A stretch of DNA of 64,000 nucleotides from Felis catus (lineage: Eukaryota). The position numbers and the translations under genes were made by a program. Each line of letters opens with the position of its first letter. Position 1 is the first letter of the stretch. The notes under the pieces are model-generated. The model was not told the origin of the DNA, made no database searches, and saw only the letters and a program-made list of their open reading frames with translations. Positions 11,500 through 24,400 of the stretch are shown here, piece after piece. The DNA lies in contig NC_058383.1 in assembly GCF_018350175.1 (NCBI RefSeq), positions 15,130,001-15,194,000 on the forward strand, in the 5' to 3' direction.

Positions 11500-11945
11500 C
11501 ATTCACCCAGAGAAAGTTCCCATCCTTTGCTGGGGGGCGGGAGAGGGTTTAGCTACACACTCCATAACCAGTGTTCATGTGAGCGATTGAGGATTCTGCA
11601 GGCAATAACTTTGGGGGAAAATCCCCACTCCCATGAGCTGTGTTTTGGCTCAGATCCCTCCCAAGACTTGAGAAGTGATGTTAATCATCCAGAGTGTTTT
11701 AAAGCTCCTGGAAAAATCAGTGAAAGCGCTTTTCCTCTCCTCAACTACTTTCCCCGGGTGGGGGTGAGCATAAGCCCTTGGAAGCCCCCTCTCAGCACAC
11801 AGGCGCCCATGCTCTGGGCTCCTGGGGACTGTAACTCAGGACAGTAAAAATGGCTCCCTCTGCCAGGGCCTGGCTCTCAGGGACATCTGTGAAGTCGTGT
11901 CAAGCTGACTGAAAGGAAACCTCTCCTTCGGGTATGACTCAAGAA
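11500..11945. promoter_or_regulatory. Candidate inducible enhancer (NF-kB, IRF-like, AP-1)
   Basis: GGGGGAAAATCCCC at 11613-11626, AGTGAAAG near 11719, GAAAGGAAAC at 11911-11920 and TGACTCA at 11935-11941. Confidence 0.4.
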
Positions 11946-12873
11946 GAGCATTTCACCCAGAAGGAAGATGTGGGGGCGAAAACAAATCAATGAAGGATTT
12001 GCAGATAGATGTTCTTTGGGCCCGAGTACAATTTACAAAATGCAATGTAAAAGAAGATAAATCTCCTCCCCCTCTCTGCCAGCCGAGAGCAGATTCCTGA
12101 ATAAAAACAACTCTTTGCAACAGAACCTTAGGCTCAGCTAGAAGTGAGTTTCCTCAAAAGGCACAGGGAAGGGGTTACAAATTCCTGAAATCCCACAAGC
12201 ATTTTAATCCAGCAGCGTTAAAGTAGGGAAGGGGAGACCCGAGGACGGGGACCAGCGCCGTCTTCCTGCCGGGACAATTTACGGAAAAAAAGTTGGATGG
12301 AATGAGTTTTTCAATAACACCGGGCAAGAGCCGCACAGCCATCTTCAGGCCAGCCGGATGGCAGGTCATTGATTTAAGAAGCAAGTCAAGCCAGGGTTAT
12401 TGCCCTTTTAATGATGCCCTGAGGGAAGGGACCCAGCAAGGAGGAAAGGTCCTGCAGGAACCCAGGCTTGTAGAAACACGTTTCCTAGCTCCTGCGAACC
12501 ACTTGGGCAGCTGGGTGAAGCCAGGACCAAAACAAACACGTTGGGAGCCACCTCCAGACCCCTCAACCCCTCCCCTTCCTCCGAACCCCATGAAAACTTG
12601 ACTGGTCTCAACTAAACACAAGCTGGGAGACTGGAGGGGAGGCAGAGGGGAAGAGGGAGAGACAGGGGGCCAGGCAGTGTCCATGCAGTCAGTGGTATCA
12701 TTGATTTAGAGCCACACAAGCCCCAGAGTGCCATCGACAAGGATCATACCTCCTGCTGATCTCGGGGGAAATTCTCCAAGATCCATGGCTGGGAGTTTAG
12801 GAGAATCTCTAAGCCATCAGGAAGGAGCGGAGCACTGCAGCTCCTCAGAATGATGGACCAGGGCGAGCTTTAA

Positions 12874-13038
12874 TTAACAGGGTCTGATGCCTCTTCTTTT
12901 TTGGTAACTGAGCAGATTTAAAGGGCTAGAGTCCCAATTTGGAGGGTGCCGGTGTGGCTCTTCCTGCTGCCTTTGCGGCTGCTCCGGCTGCTGGCACAGC
13001 TTCCCGCAGACCTCTCGCTCCAGCTCGGACTCGCGGCT
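12874..13038 (-). other. Candidate exon (lncRNA or unknown coding terminal exon)
   Basis: Minus-strand acceptor 'gcactttttcaccttcag' ending at 13039. It is followed by an open frame SRESELEREVCGKLCQQPEQPQRQQEEPHRHPPNWDSSPLNLLSYQKRRGIRPC* in which 20 of the first 21 codons end in G or C. Confidence 0.3.
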
Positions 13039-13330
13039 CTGAAGGTGAAAAAGTGCAGCTAGTGACGTGGGGGGTCCCGGGCCGCGTGGTTTGGATCAGA
13101 ACCGCAGGGCCGTGGACCTAGGCGCTGCCCACCCCTGGGAGAGCCCGGGTCTTCCATGCTGTCTCCCAGACCAGGAGGGAAGGTTGGGCTCTTTGGGTGC
13201 AGGTGGCCTCGGGGGCGTCCTCTCCAGACGTGGAGCTGGATGGACGGTGCCTGGGGAAAGCAGGAAGCGTGGGCTCTGCTTTGCACTCCTCTCCTGAGAG
13301 CACTGCTGAGTGGCAGCCATCCTGTAAACT

Positions 13331-13520
13331 GCACGCCTGCCCATGCACACGCCTGCCCGTGCACACACACACGCCTGCCCACGCACATACACGCCTGCCC
13401 ACGTATACACACGCCTGCCCCATGCACACACATGCCTGCCTGGGTACACATATATGCCTGCCTATATAAACACACTTGCCTCCCCATGCACACACACACG
13501 CCTGTCCAGGCACACGCACA
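13331..13520. repeat. Degenerate minisatellite, ~16-24-bp units with core CACGCCTGCC plus CA tracts
   Basis: Six exact CACGCCTG copies (13332, 13348, 13370, 13390, 13410, 13497) and three degenerate copies. Confidence 0.9.
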
Positions 13521-15178
13521 TGTCCCCCCTGCAGACATCCAGATGCAAAGCCACATGGACCGCAGCCAGCCAGACATCTTACCCATACACCTGTGTTTTA
13601 CAGGTAGATCGCCAAGAGAAGTAGTCGTGACACAGAGCATGGCCAGGAGGGGAGGTAGAGGGAAGACGGTGCAGGGAGGAGGGGAAAAGCTATGTGGGAG
13701 CTGCCCACCTCTCTGGCTGCCTTTCCTAGAGCAGGGCTCACGTCTGGGATAGTTTCAGTTCAAGACCATCACCTCCAGGGAACCCCTCCCGCCACAACGC
13801 CTTTCTACTTGCTCCTGCTAGTCTATCTGGGAAGCCTCGTCTTGGGCAAGACCCCAGGGTCTCATCCTCATACTAGTTCACCATATGCTTGGCTTCCAGA
13901 CAATGGAGTTGACTTTTCTGGGATGCTTCTTTAGCCAGTACGGTAGTACCTTACGTGATACCTTAATACCGCTTTCTCCCGGTAAATACACAAAATAAAT
14001 CCGGCCAGGTGGGGCTCACCGGATGCAGCGTTCTGCCTTGGAGTGAGTGCCAGGGGGTGTTCCAGAGGGAGCCGGGCTTTGGGATGGGGGGGGGGGGACC
14101 TCAGACCCTTCCGGCTCTGCCAGGAGCACATGTTCGACCCCTTCCCCTCTTGAGCCTGGATTTTCTCATTTGTAAAATGTCACTAAGCCAGCGATGCTCT
14201 TAACAGAGAGGGGAAGCAAGGAGGGGGACGCAGGCACTTTTAGAAAACGCGTTCCATTAACACCAAGCTTGACCAAATCTTGGCTGACGGGGACAGCACA
14301 CTGCAGAGGGCATGCGCTAAAAAATCTTGAGAAACACTGTGCAGAATCATCTCCAAGGGCCTCAGCGTCAAGGAGGGATGGAGTGGGTTGGATATACTCT
14401 CCCTGATCACAGACTCTGCTCTGAGAGACAGAGCCTGCACGCAGCCAGCTCAGACGAGCAAAGGTCAGAAAGAGGTGGTACTTTCTATTCCAGCTGAGCC
14501 GGAGGGAAAAATCACTGAACAGTACAGTCTCCACAAAAATCTCTCTCTGTGCCCACTTCACCCTCGTCCGGCACTCTCTTCCCACCCCGAGATGCCCAGA
14601 GCCAAAGAATCTGCTATCACCCATTTAGACATCAGTCCCACGTAACCTCTGGTCCTCAGTCTTCCTGGAAAACTCGCATATGGCATCTTCTCTTGCCTTT
14701 AAAGAAAGCGGGCAAAGGGAATGGTCAGATCAGGGCTGGGGGTGGAGGCGGGAGATGTGTGCCTGGAACCAACCCCGGAGCCCCATGGCCCCTCACGGGC
14801 GTCTCCAAGGAGGTCGAGAGAGGCTGGCACAGCAGAGAGATGTCCAAGAAGAACGCTTGACAAGGACATGTCGGAATGGGGAATGGGAAATCGCAAATTC
14901 CGTTCTTTCCAGGAGCCCCTCAAACCCTTGGGGTCTCTTTCCTGGTTTGCAGGAATAAAATCCAAGCCCCACATTTTTTAGACTGACAACAAAGAGAATG
15001 TTCACACGGGGGAGGAACAGTGGCCTCGACACCCCTTTGCTTGGGGTTTTCTTGGAGTACTTGCCCCACGTTATCACAGCCACCCCCATGATGGCCTCAC
15101 GGGGCTCTATGCTCTGAATGCCACGGCTCAAATGTTTCCTCAACTCTCTCCACAGCCCCTCAGAACAAAAAGCTATAT

Positions 15179-15390
15179 GGGTGCCTCGGTGGCTCAGTGG
15201 GTTAAGTGTCTGACTTCAGCTCAGGTCATGACCACATGGTTTGTGAGTTTGAGCCCCTCCTGACAGCTCAGAGCCTGGAGTGTGCTTTGCATTCTGTGTC
15301 TCCCTCTCTCTCTGCCCCTCCCCTGCTCACATTCTCTCTCTCTCTCTCTCTCAAAAATAAATAAACGTTAAAAATATTTTTTTCAATTTA
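15179..15390 (+). mobile_element. Can-SINE with small internal deletion
   Basis: 'gggtgcctcggtggctcagtgggttaag' head. TSD AGAACAAA(A/G)AGCTAT at 15162-15176 and 15391-15405. Confidence 0.95.
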
Positions 15391-15899
15391 AGAACAAAGA
15401 GCTATGAACCCAGAGATTTCTTGGGAAGCCAGGTCCCCTGGAAGAGGCAACAGGCTTATTCAGCTTTGCGGGGAGGGGAGGGGCTCCCGGCTGAGTAGGA
15501 GAGGACATGTCGCCTGCAGCATCCGCCACCAGGAAGTGTCCTCCAGAGAACCCTGACCTCTCAAAGCCCGCACTGAAGCGAGTATGACCCAGAGAGGAGC
15601 AGGAGCCCCCTCCCCTCCTGTCTAAGCTCAGCCATTAGCATCCCATTGGCCCAAAGATGGCCTGCCTCTTCTCCAGTGACTGACAGATGGGAATGTCCAC
15701 ACTCTTCATGCCCATCTGCAGGAGCTTAACTTTATCAGACTTCTGCAAGATAAGCTTATCAGCATACAACCCAGGAGGCCCAATCTCTGTATGAGGTAGA
15801 AGTGATTTTGTGGCGTCTCGAAATTGGCCCGTCCACAAATCTGCCTTTGTGAATACGGCTGTTCCCTGTGGCCACTCAGCCTTGGCCACCCACAGACAC

Positions 15900-16452
15900 T
15901 CTGTGGATGCTGGGGCTGATTTCTCCAGACCACTCTTCGCAGGCAACCCCGGCCCACTGGCTTTCTGGTTGGTTCAGCCAAAGAAGGACTCTAGGAGGAT
16001 GGGGAGGCCAGAGAGGAGAAAACCACAGAGAGATGACTCCTGTCCCCAGGTGACCTCTGGTATGGCTAAGACCAGCCTCGATACCCCCTGCAACATGCAG
16101 TGCCAGCCTTGCCCACGTCACAGAGGCACCAGTAGCCAGCTGAGCTATGACCCTCAAGGATCAGACTGCCAGCGGTGCCACACTCCACCCCACCCTGGAT
16201 GCCCTCGGTCACGGCAGTTCTGCTGGGTTAACCCCTCCCTCTGGGGTCTGAGCACCAGTCCCCTTGGGCCCCTCCTAGCCCAAGAGAGACCATCTCTTCT
16301 CTTTGGCTCCCCCAGCTCCCGGGATGGTAGCTGTTCTTGCAATTACTAATTCTTGGGGTCATTTCAGCTTTCCAATTCCTGTGTAACTAGTCCTGTGTAT
16401 TGAACGCCATCTGTTTGAGACATCTAGTGTGGTTTTGTTTTCCTGGCTGGAC
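15900..16452 (+). mobile_element. Ancient ERVL solo LTR (LTR33/LTR41-like)
   Basis: 'ttctggttggttcagccaaagaagg' and the 3' end 'cctgtgtaactagtcctgtgtatt...tgtttgagacatctagtgtggttttgttttcctggctggac'. Confidence 0.55.
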
Positions 16453-17649
16453 AAGAATTTTCCTCAGAGATCCCAAATTTGAGTGTTCCGATAGTCGTGA
16501 TCAAGTCATAATCTGAACACCCTGGCACTTATCCTGCATTTGAGAATATAAATGTTAACATTTTCAGATTAAAAGAAATGACAAGACACAGCAAAGTGTC
16601 AAGATCTCTCTGCAGGTTGGAGCCCGTTGGCACATCTTGTTATTACATATTTGTCATTTATTACACCAAATTTTTACGTATCAAAAAGAAAAAAAATATC
16701 CCTCGTCTAATTTTAGATCTACTGAATTCAAAACAAAAGAATCTCAAGGCCAACTTAGGAAGTCAACGGCAAGAAAATGGAATTGAACGCCAGCCCAGCA
16801 GCGAAGGACTGGGTAACTCTACACGTTCTATTCTGTTTATTATTTAGCTGTGTTCGGTGTGTTAGGTAAACAGTTATACGTTTCACTGATATTTCGGAAC
16901 TTGGACAGTGTAGGCTATCAGGGTATTGGAAGATCTTACTTCATCTCTCATTTCATTCTTTTGGGGGGTCTGTGGTCTGAGAGCAACCCACTGAGAACAA
17001 AAGACCCCCGGACAGAGCTCGGACAAGGTGTCCTAGTCCAGGGAGTCCAAGGGAGGATCTGGCGCCTTCTCCTCCACACCGAACGCATAATGATGAGAGC
17101 TGAGAGCAAATTTTGCTCTGATATCTGCCCAGACGCAGAAAGAGAGGAGTGGCAGGAAGAAGCGGCCCCCAAGGGGCTGGCAAGGCTGCTTTAAGCAATG
17201 TCCTGTCCAGGTGGGCTGTTTGCAAAAAGGCAGGAAGAGTAATAGAGTGACCATGTGTGGCATGAACTTTCTGAGCACAGGGACCAGAGCTGTTCACTAA
17301 TGCAGTTTCCGGTCTCAGACCAGTGATTACTGAGTCCTCCTCCTTTGGGAAGGCTGTTGTAGAGAGGGAAAGGCAAAAAAGCAAAATCACAGAGAGCAGA
17401 ATTACCCCCTCTTCTACAGGGGACAGGGCTAAGAATGTGGGGAGAGGGAGCAAATCGCCTTTGCATTCCCTCACGTCATCTCTACCTCTTTCCGCTGTTC
17501 CAGGACCCACATCAAGTCCGATCCAGTGGGTGCCACCCTACAGATGTGGCCCTTCACAGACCTCCCCCTCCGCAATCCCACTGACACCGGCTTCACTGAA
17601 GCCATTTGGTCTCTCCTCTGGTCTCCTACAAGAAACGTCTAAATGATTC

Positions 17650-18720
17650 CCCCTACCTCCATCTATCTGTAAATAGTGCCCAGTGTCCTGCCAGGCACCA
17701 GAGACAAAGCCCAGCCCCCGAGGAGCTCAGGAGATTGCAGAAGAACAAATACCAAACAATTGCAAAGGAGAATGAGGGCAAATAACAATAAATGCATAGT
17801 ACTGCTGCCAGTTCTCGTCATGGGACTGGCTTACTCTGGGGAATTGAGGAAGGCTCCTGAGGCTGGTGGTGAAGCCAGGACCTGGAAACTAAGTAGATGC
17901 TGATGACGTGATGGGGGAGAGATTGTTTCCAACAGAACAGGCTCTAGGGCACCAGGCCCCAGGCGAGGCCAGGGAATGGAAGAAAGCCAGCTTGGCATTG
18001 CTCAAGAGGAGAGATGGTTCGTGGTCAGAGGCAGAGGTAAGCAGGGGGCACTTGCGAGGCTTGGGGCTTCATGGTCAAGGACAGAGGAAGCTCCTTCAGG
18101 GCTAAGCTGGGTTGTGTCATAGTGAGGAAAGCCTCTTTATAAAAGATCTTTCATCCATATGAGATATCTAAGGAATCTGTTGTATAATCTAAGCAATGAA
18201 GGAAAATTGAACAAGGGCATACAATTGGAGTACAATGGAATCAATCTTTCTAAAACATAAAACATTTATTACCCACGGTGTTTGGGATAAAATCAAACCC
18301 CTTAATCTACCTAAAATGTCCTTTGTAAGCTTCTAGCATCAAGGTACCTTTTGTTACCTCTCCTTCCAGGAGCCTTCCTAATTTTCATCAGCTACAGCCA
18401 CATGAGACCACTTGCAACTCCCATAAGAGGCTATCCTTACACGACTCTGGGCCTTAGCACATGCCGTTCCTCCAGCCTTGAATATCCTTCCTTGGTGCCT
18501 TAGTGAACTCCTACTCATCTGCCAAGACCCTACTCAGATGTCACATTCTCTGGGAGACTTTCTACAAGGACCACCTTTCCCCCTACTACTTCCTTCCCCC
18601 ACTCAAGCAGAGAAGGTACCTACTTCCGCTGTAGCAATCACCATACTGCATGGCCATTTTTCCTCCTACGTGATTGTCTTCCCCTCTACAAGGGTAACAA
18701 CTTCCTGTACTTAGTGCCCG
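17650..18720. mobile_element. L2 fragments (both orientations)
   Basis: Minus-type 'gtgtcctgccaggcaccagagac' and plus-type 'ctctgggccttagcacatgccgttcc...gaactcctactcatc'. Confidence 0.5.
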
Positions 18721-21461
18721 GTACAGGCTGATCCCACAACAAACTCTGGTTCAAATGAACTGGAGGATCTACTTCCACACTGACAAGCTAAGTGAGCTTC
18801 ACTCCCTGGTGAAAAAATGCAAAATTTGTAAAAGTCACACCTGTGAAGTTCTAATAAAATGTCAACAATCTGTAGCCACTCATGGCCTATTACCAAGGGA
18901 AGGTCTGCTCAATAAGTAAATAGCTGTCTTACTTGTTAGAATAATACACAAGTAATGATTTCTTAATTTTTTAAATTTTTCTCACATTAGTCAAACTGTC
19001 TAGACTTGTCTCACTGAGGCCCTCCCCACAGAGTTAGGCCACACAACCCAAATGCAAGGACAGTAGGCCTCTTGGAGGCAATCGCTTCTCTAGTCTTGCT
19101 CATGAATTGCTAAATCATAGGAAAGGACTTTTTTGAAGAAAAGGTATTAATTTCCATGAATATGGAATATGGGTGCACAAGATTCAGAGCCACCAGCTTA
19201 CAAAACCACCAAAGTCATTGCACCGACTTACAGGTAAAAACACATTCACCTCATTCTGTGGGTGGCAAAGTGGAGATGAAAATCCCCGCACCCACTGCCC
19301 CATGGGACTTTTGGGAACAGATGGGATCAATTGCACAGGTGTAAGATGTTGGTTGAGGTCTCCCTTGGGTACCAGATGCAACTTCTTGATCAGCTCTTGT
19401 GCCCTGTCCTCTGACATATCATGGGTCAGCCTCCACAGCCATGTTTACCTGGCAGGTGTGCATTTGGCACAGGTGTTGTTCTATGCCCTCTCCTCCTTGA
19501 TGGCTGGGCACAGAGCTCTGCCTTCCGGAATCCCCCATGAATCTGGGTTTCACTCCATGGCCCTGAAGTTCAAGGGTTCCCAGGACTTGCAAATAGCAGA
19601 AACAGAGAGAACAAACAGGTGCTCCCTGATTCATTCTCTCCAACCATCCTGGATTCCTCTCTCTCCAGTTCTTGCCTTCCTCCTTCCTTCTCTCTCTCCC
19701 ACTTCCTAAACCAAGAGGGCAGCACTCTTGTGCCACAGAATACTTTATGAGAGGGCAGTTCAAAGCATGAACTGGACTGAAGGATAAAAGTGTCGTTAGT
19801 GAAATCTGTTCCCAAGGCCTGGGGAGCTCTGGGCCATCGGAAACCCCTCTAAGTCCTGACACAGAGGTACAGCCTGGGCAGACGTTGGGTCCCCATGCTC
19901 ACTGGCTCATGCAGCAGCCTGGGGAAGCAGGGGAGCATCCCTGGGTGAATTTCCTGGAGGTAATGAGAGGCTCACAAACAGCTTGATGGATAGCCTTGCT
20001 CCATCCACCTGACCTTGGGTACCAGCACAGCTGGCCGTGCCATCTGAGCCTCTCAGAGTACAGCAGCCCCAGCAGGGTGCTCTGGATAATGCATATTGTG
20101 AGTGGCAGTGTCATTTCCTTAAATCACATTGCTGTCACTTGGCAAGGCCATCTACTGACACTCAAAGGCCCAACTTCCTCTCCTTATCTCATAGCCGGAG
20201 GAGATGCCAAACTCAACAATAAAACCATTGGCTTCTTAGAAAACAAATCCGTCAGACAAGCCTATATATACAGACACAAGCTGAGGCTAGAAGAAGCAAA
20301 GCAGAGTGATGTCCACAGTCCCAGTGTCCCAGTTCCAAACACAGAAAACCCACTGTGGAGAGAGGGCTACAGTCAAGCAGTAGAGTCTGGGCAAAGGGCA
20401 GCCCTGTCAGGCGTATATAAACAGCCACCAACCAGCCCTGCAATCATGGTCCTTTCTGGCCAAGAGATGGGAGTCATGCAAGGAGGCTTGGGTGGGAAAT
20501 GAAATGGGAGCTGCCCAAAGCATCCACTCCCTTCCTCTAACTAAAAGACCCCCATGTGGTTCACTCCAGCTGGGCCATTTACAGTCCATTATGAGGTTGG
20601 ACTGGATTTATGTTTTCCCTGGCCAGAGTCCTTGTTAATTTCCATGCAACATCTACACAATCAATACATGCTCATCATTGAAAGCACAGAGAAGTAGTCT
20701 CCCCAAATGGCGTCATCCAAGGGTCACTGCCATTAAAGTTTATTTCCATTCATTGCCAACAAAAGCCTGGCAAAAGCTTCCTTCCCCACCACCTGCTTCT
20801 TTATACACTAAGGTGGCAGGGCTCTGAGTCTCTCCCAAAGGACCCAGCTGGGGCAGATGCTGGGCCACAGGGGCTCAATTTGGACAGGCTGTCCTTGGAA
20901 TCTGAGACTGGATCCCATCATTTCCTTCTCAGGTTACAGAACTAGCACATTTTAAAAGGTAAATACCATCATGGAGCCAGCCACCATCGCTTCCAGGGAC
21001 TTAGAAAACTCCAAAAATCCAAGAAAGCCCAGAGGGGAGGGAGGAAGATCACCACAAGCCTAAAAGAAAAACATGGAGGGATCTGGGATGGCAGAATTGG
21101 AACTGGTTGGGAATGGGATAGATCTCATCCTAGCAAACTTCCCCCCAGCTCCCACAGCCCCTGCATAGCTTGTGCAGAAGGGGTAAACATTCATATGGTC
21201 TCCCTCCCACTCTGGGAGTGGGGGGGACACTGGAAGTGTGAATAACCCAAAGTGCAGAAAACCCGTGATGTGAGGCTCTGTTGGGTCTTTGTATAGCCAT
21301 AAATGGATAGATTATCTTTTTATTTTGTCCTGTATGCAGTTGGACTCAGGGACACAGCTAAAAGCCAGGGCAAAGTAGGACTAGTATTACTTTGCAAAAT
21401 AAGAAAACCTGTTGTTATTTGGTATATTATCATCCCCCAGTCCACCTTTCCTAATATGAAA

Positions 21462-21492
21462 AGGAGGAGGAGGAGGAGGAGGAAGAAGGAGA
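21462..21492. repeat. (GGA)n trinucleotide repeat
   Basis: aggaggaggaggaggaggaggaagaagga. Confidence 0.9.
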
Positions 21493-24400
21493 GAGTGAAG
21501 GAGACGGTGGGTGGAATTCCTTCCTTGAATTCATATTACAGTGGTGGCAAAGTAGCAACAGTAGGCATATCCACCCCAAGGGCATCCCATTACTAGCCCA
21601 TTCACTCATGCTAATCCATCATATTCCTGGCTTCTTCCTCTTGCCCTCTGTTCCATATGGCCAACCCCTGCAGCCAAACCTTTCTTAGCATTCCTAAACC
21701 CATCTGAGATTATTCATTGAACAAGCCCACTCAAGACTCTCTGATTGAAGCTGCCCCAAGTAATTGTGTAGTCTGAACAACTTCAGCTTTGGGAAGTACA
21801 CCAGTCAGTAAAATTAGAGTAATATCCCCAGATCGCTTCTTCAGCCATCAGAAGAACAGTCACTGATAGTTTGGCTTATGAATCCCCTTGGATTCCTAAA
21901 TTTTAGTCCTTGAGATAGATGCCATCACATAGCAAAGGCTATCACATAGCTAAAGACAGAAACCACCAATGTCCTACATCCCAAACTGGGAGCCATAACT
22001 GAGAATCTCCTGGACAGAAACTATGGTGATACCACATATGTCAACCCTGACTTGACTTTTTGAGGCTTTCTGAGACACCCTAGTCCCTCTTGATGTCTCC
22101 ACATCTGCCCAGAGTCCCAGAGGAACATCCACAGGTGTTCTCGGTCCAGTTAATGCTTCAGACTCCTGGCTACCAAACCCAAATATCCTGGACAAAGCAC
22201 AGAAGAGTATCTCAGATGCCATTCTCTGGCCTTCCTAGAGCTTGAGAAAGAGGAGAGAATTCAAGGAGTCAGGGTGTCGATGGACATGCTCCTGGATAAC
22301 TTTTATTTGTTCTTTATGGCTAAAATCAGACATCACCTCATCCAATAAGTCTTCTGTCATACACAAGGTTAGACTCCCATTCTCTGTGCCCTCAAAGCAT
22401 CATGTACATCTCACCTAGGTTTACTACATGACATTGTAAGTTCCCAGAGACCTCTCTGCTCCCAAAGACACACTAGACTACATGCTTCTGAGCCTAGGGA
22501 ATGTGTCTTACTGGTCCCTCTGGAAGGCTGTAGCAGTGACCTCCTGCATTTGCTAGTGGCCTAGACATGCCTAACCCCAAACTTGAGTTTTAAGACCTGG
22601 CTTGTGCCTATTTGTACCAAGATTAACATTTTTCTGCTCACCCACACCCCTAATTGCTGTAGCTAGGGGAAATGAGAAGTGGGAATTGAAAACAGTTCTC
22701 CAAGGCCAAACCAATAGAAGAGGGTTTTGTAATGTCACAGTCAAGGTCGGGAAAGAGACAGACACTCTTCCAGCATAATAAAGTCCAAAAATTATGCTAG
22801 CAGTAAGACATGAATCTTGTATGTAGATCATTGAAGTCTGTAGGCAGGAGATTAACACTTGCAGTATAAGTGATTTGTTGTTTAAAGTCGTTTGGGATGA
22901 TCATAGAGTAAAAGAAAAAAAAAAGTTTCCCACCCAGAAAAGGGTCCCCTCCCTTCTCTTCTCTGACTCCAAGTCTCCCTCTCTTTCTGAGCAGCAGTAA
23001 AATGAATGAGGACTTTAACACAATGAGGAGCTGGGATACCTCAACCAAGGGAATAGTCCTAGCCTGGGAAAGAAAGAAAACAACATGAAGCAGAATGAGC
23101 ATAAAAAACAGGTCCAAGTGGGAGATCTGGTCAACCAAGAGGACCTCTGGGTAGATGCCAACACCCTAAAGGTCTGGGCAGGAAGGACCCATGCTTGGTA
23201 CGATGCAGGAGCTTGAGCTAATTAGTTTGAAGCGACAATGCCCACCCCCTCAACCCATTACCATCCCAATGCTATGTATAGTTTACATTCTATCACAAGG
23301 ACCTGGATTGAAGAATACACTGAACTTTCCTCGAGGTCATGTGTGTGTTGTACATGTGTGTGCACATGCGAACATGAAATTGCCTGGTGAAGTAAGAGAA
23401 GGGATTAGCCCTCCTTCCCCTGGTCAACAGGAGACACCTACGGTACTTATAGGGCCATTGACATTGGAGGTAAGAGGACACCTGGAGGAGAGTATCCAGC
23501 CACAAGGGAGTCCACAGTCTAGTGTGGAAGGGAACTGAGAGGTCATTTTAGGCATTTACAATATAGTATAGAAAGTGCTACAGAGAAGTGCCAGGATGTT
23601 TGAGGACACGGAGAAAGGGCACTTAGGGCTTAGGAAAGCTTTCTGGAGAAGGTGATATCTATGTTGAGCTCTGAAGATCAAGTAGAAGTTAACCAGAAGC
23701 ATGTCCCTAAAATACCCCAATCCCATGCTTGGAGAACAGCTGCAAGCCCTCCTGTGGGTCTAAAATAAGGAGACCAGTGTGGAGTCACACACATCTCGGA
23801 TGAGTGAGAGCCTGCTTATTCCCCTTGTGGGTCCCCAGGGCTCACAGACCCTCTCACTTACCTATGTTCCTGGAGACGGTTCCAAATCTTTCCCCTGGAG
23901 CTGCCAAAGTGGTCCCGATGCTGTTAGCTGGGCTAAGGAGATGGATTTGCAGTGTCCACACGGCCAGGGAGCCCCACCCCAGAGCCGGCCCTGGCCTGGC
24001 CCCTCGGAGCCCACTGAAGTCGTGCCAGACACTGGCTAGGCTGCCTGCTCAGACTGCAAGAGGGAGAAGTGTGCTGTGAGCATCCTGGAGCCCAGCCAGG
24101 CCTCTCTGGCGAGGCAGGCAGGTGGAGGAGGAGCTGGAGAGAGCCTTGTAAAACCTCCAGAGGATCAGATTAACTCCCGAGGAGCCATAGAACCAGCGGG
24201 CTAACCGCCGCCTCTAGGTCCACTGCAGAACCCCACCCAGGAGGGTGGAGGTACATGTCCTTCACCATAGTCCTCTGGATACACCCCTAATTAACTTCAC
24301 CTTCCTGCTTAAATTTGAGTTGGAGCCCTATCCAGCAGCACACCCTGGGTAGAGTCCTCTGCTATGGAACTGACTGTTATTTGTCTTTAAGCTTTTTTTT

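Noticed and set aside
13331..13520. Repeat-spacer appearance resembling a CRISPR array
   Set aside because: Mammalian context, units only about 20 bp, spacers are low-complexity CA tracts, and there are no cas genes.
13059..13752. His/Thr/Cys-rich ORFs of 90-198 aa on both strands
   Set aside because: These are translations of the CA-rich minisatellite.
14166..15143. Minus-strand ORFs of 152 and 116 aa as possible further exons
   Set aside because: No recognisable protein similarity, and I could not establish convincing paired splice sites.
1..24300. Assigning the regulatory region to a specific neighbouring gene, such as an NF-kB target or immediate-early gene
   Set aside because: The motif content is suggestive, but no exon or sequence I can recognise anchors the locus. 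This needs BLAT or liftover.
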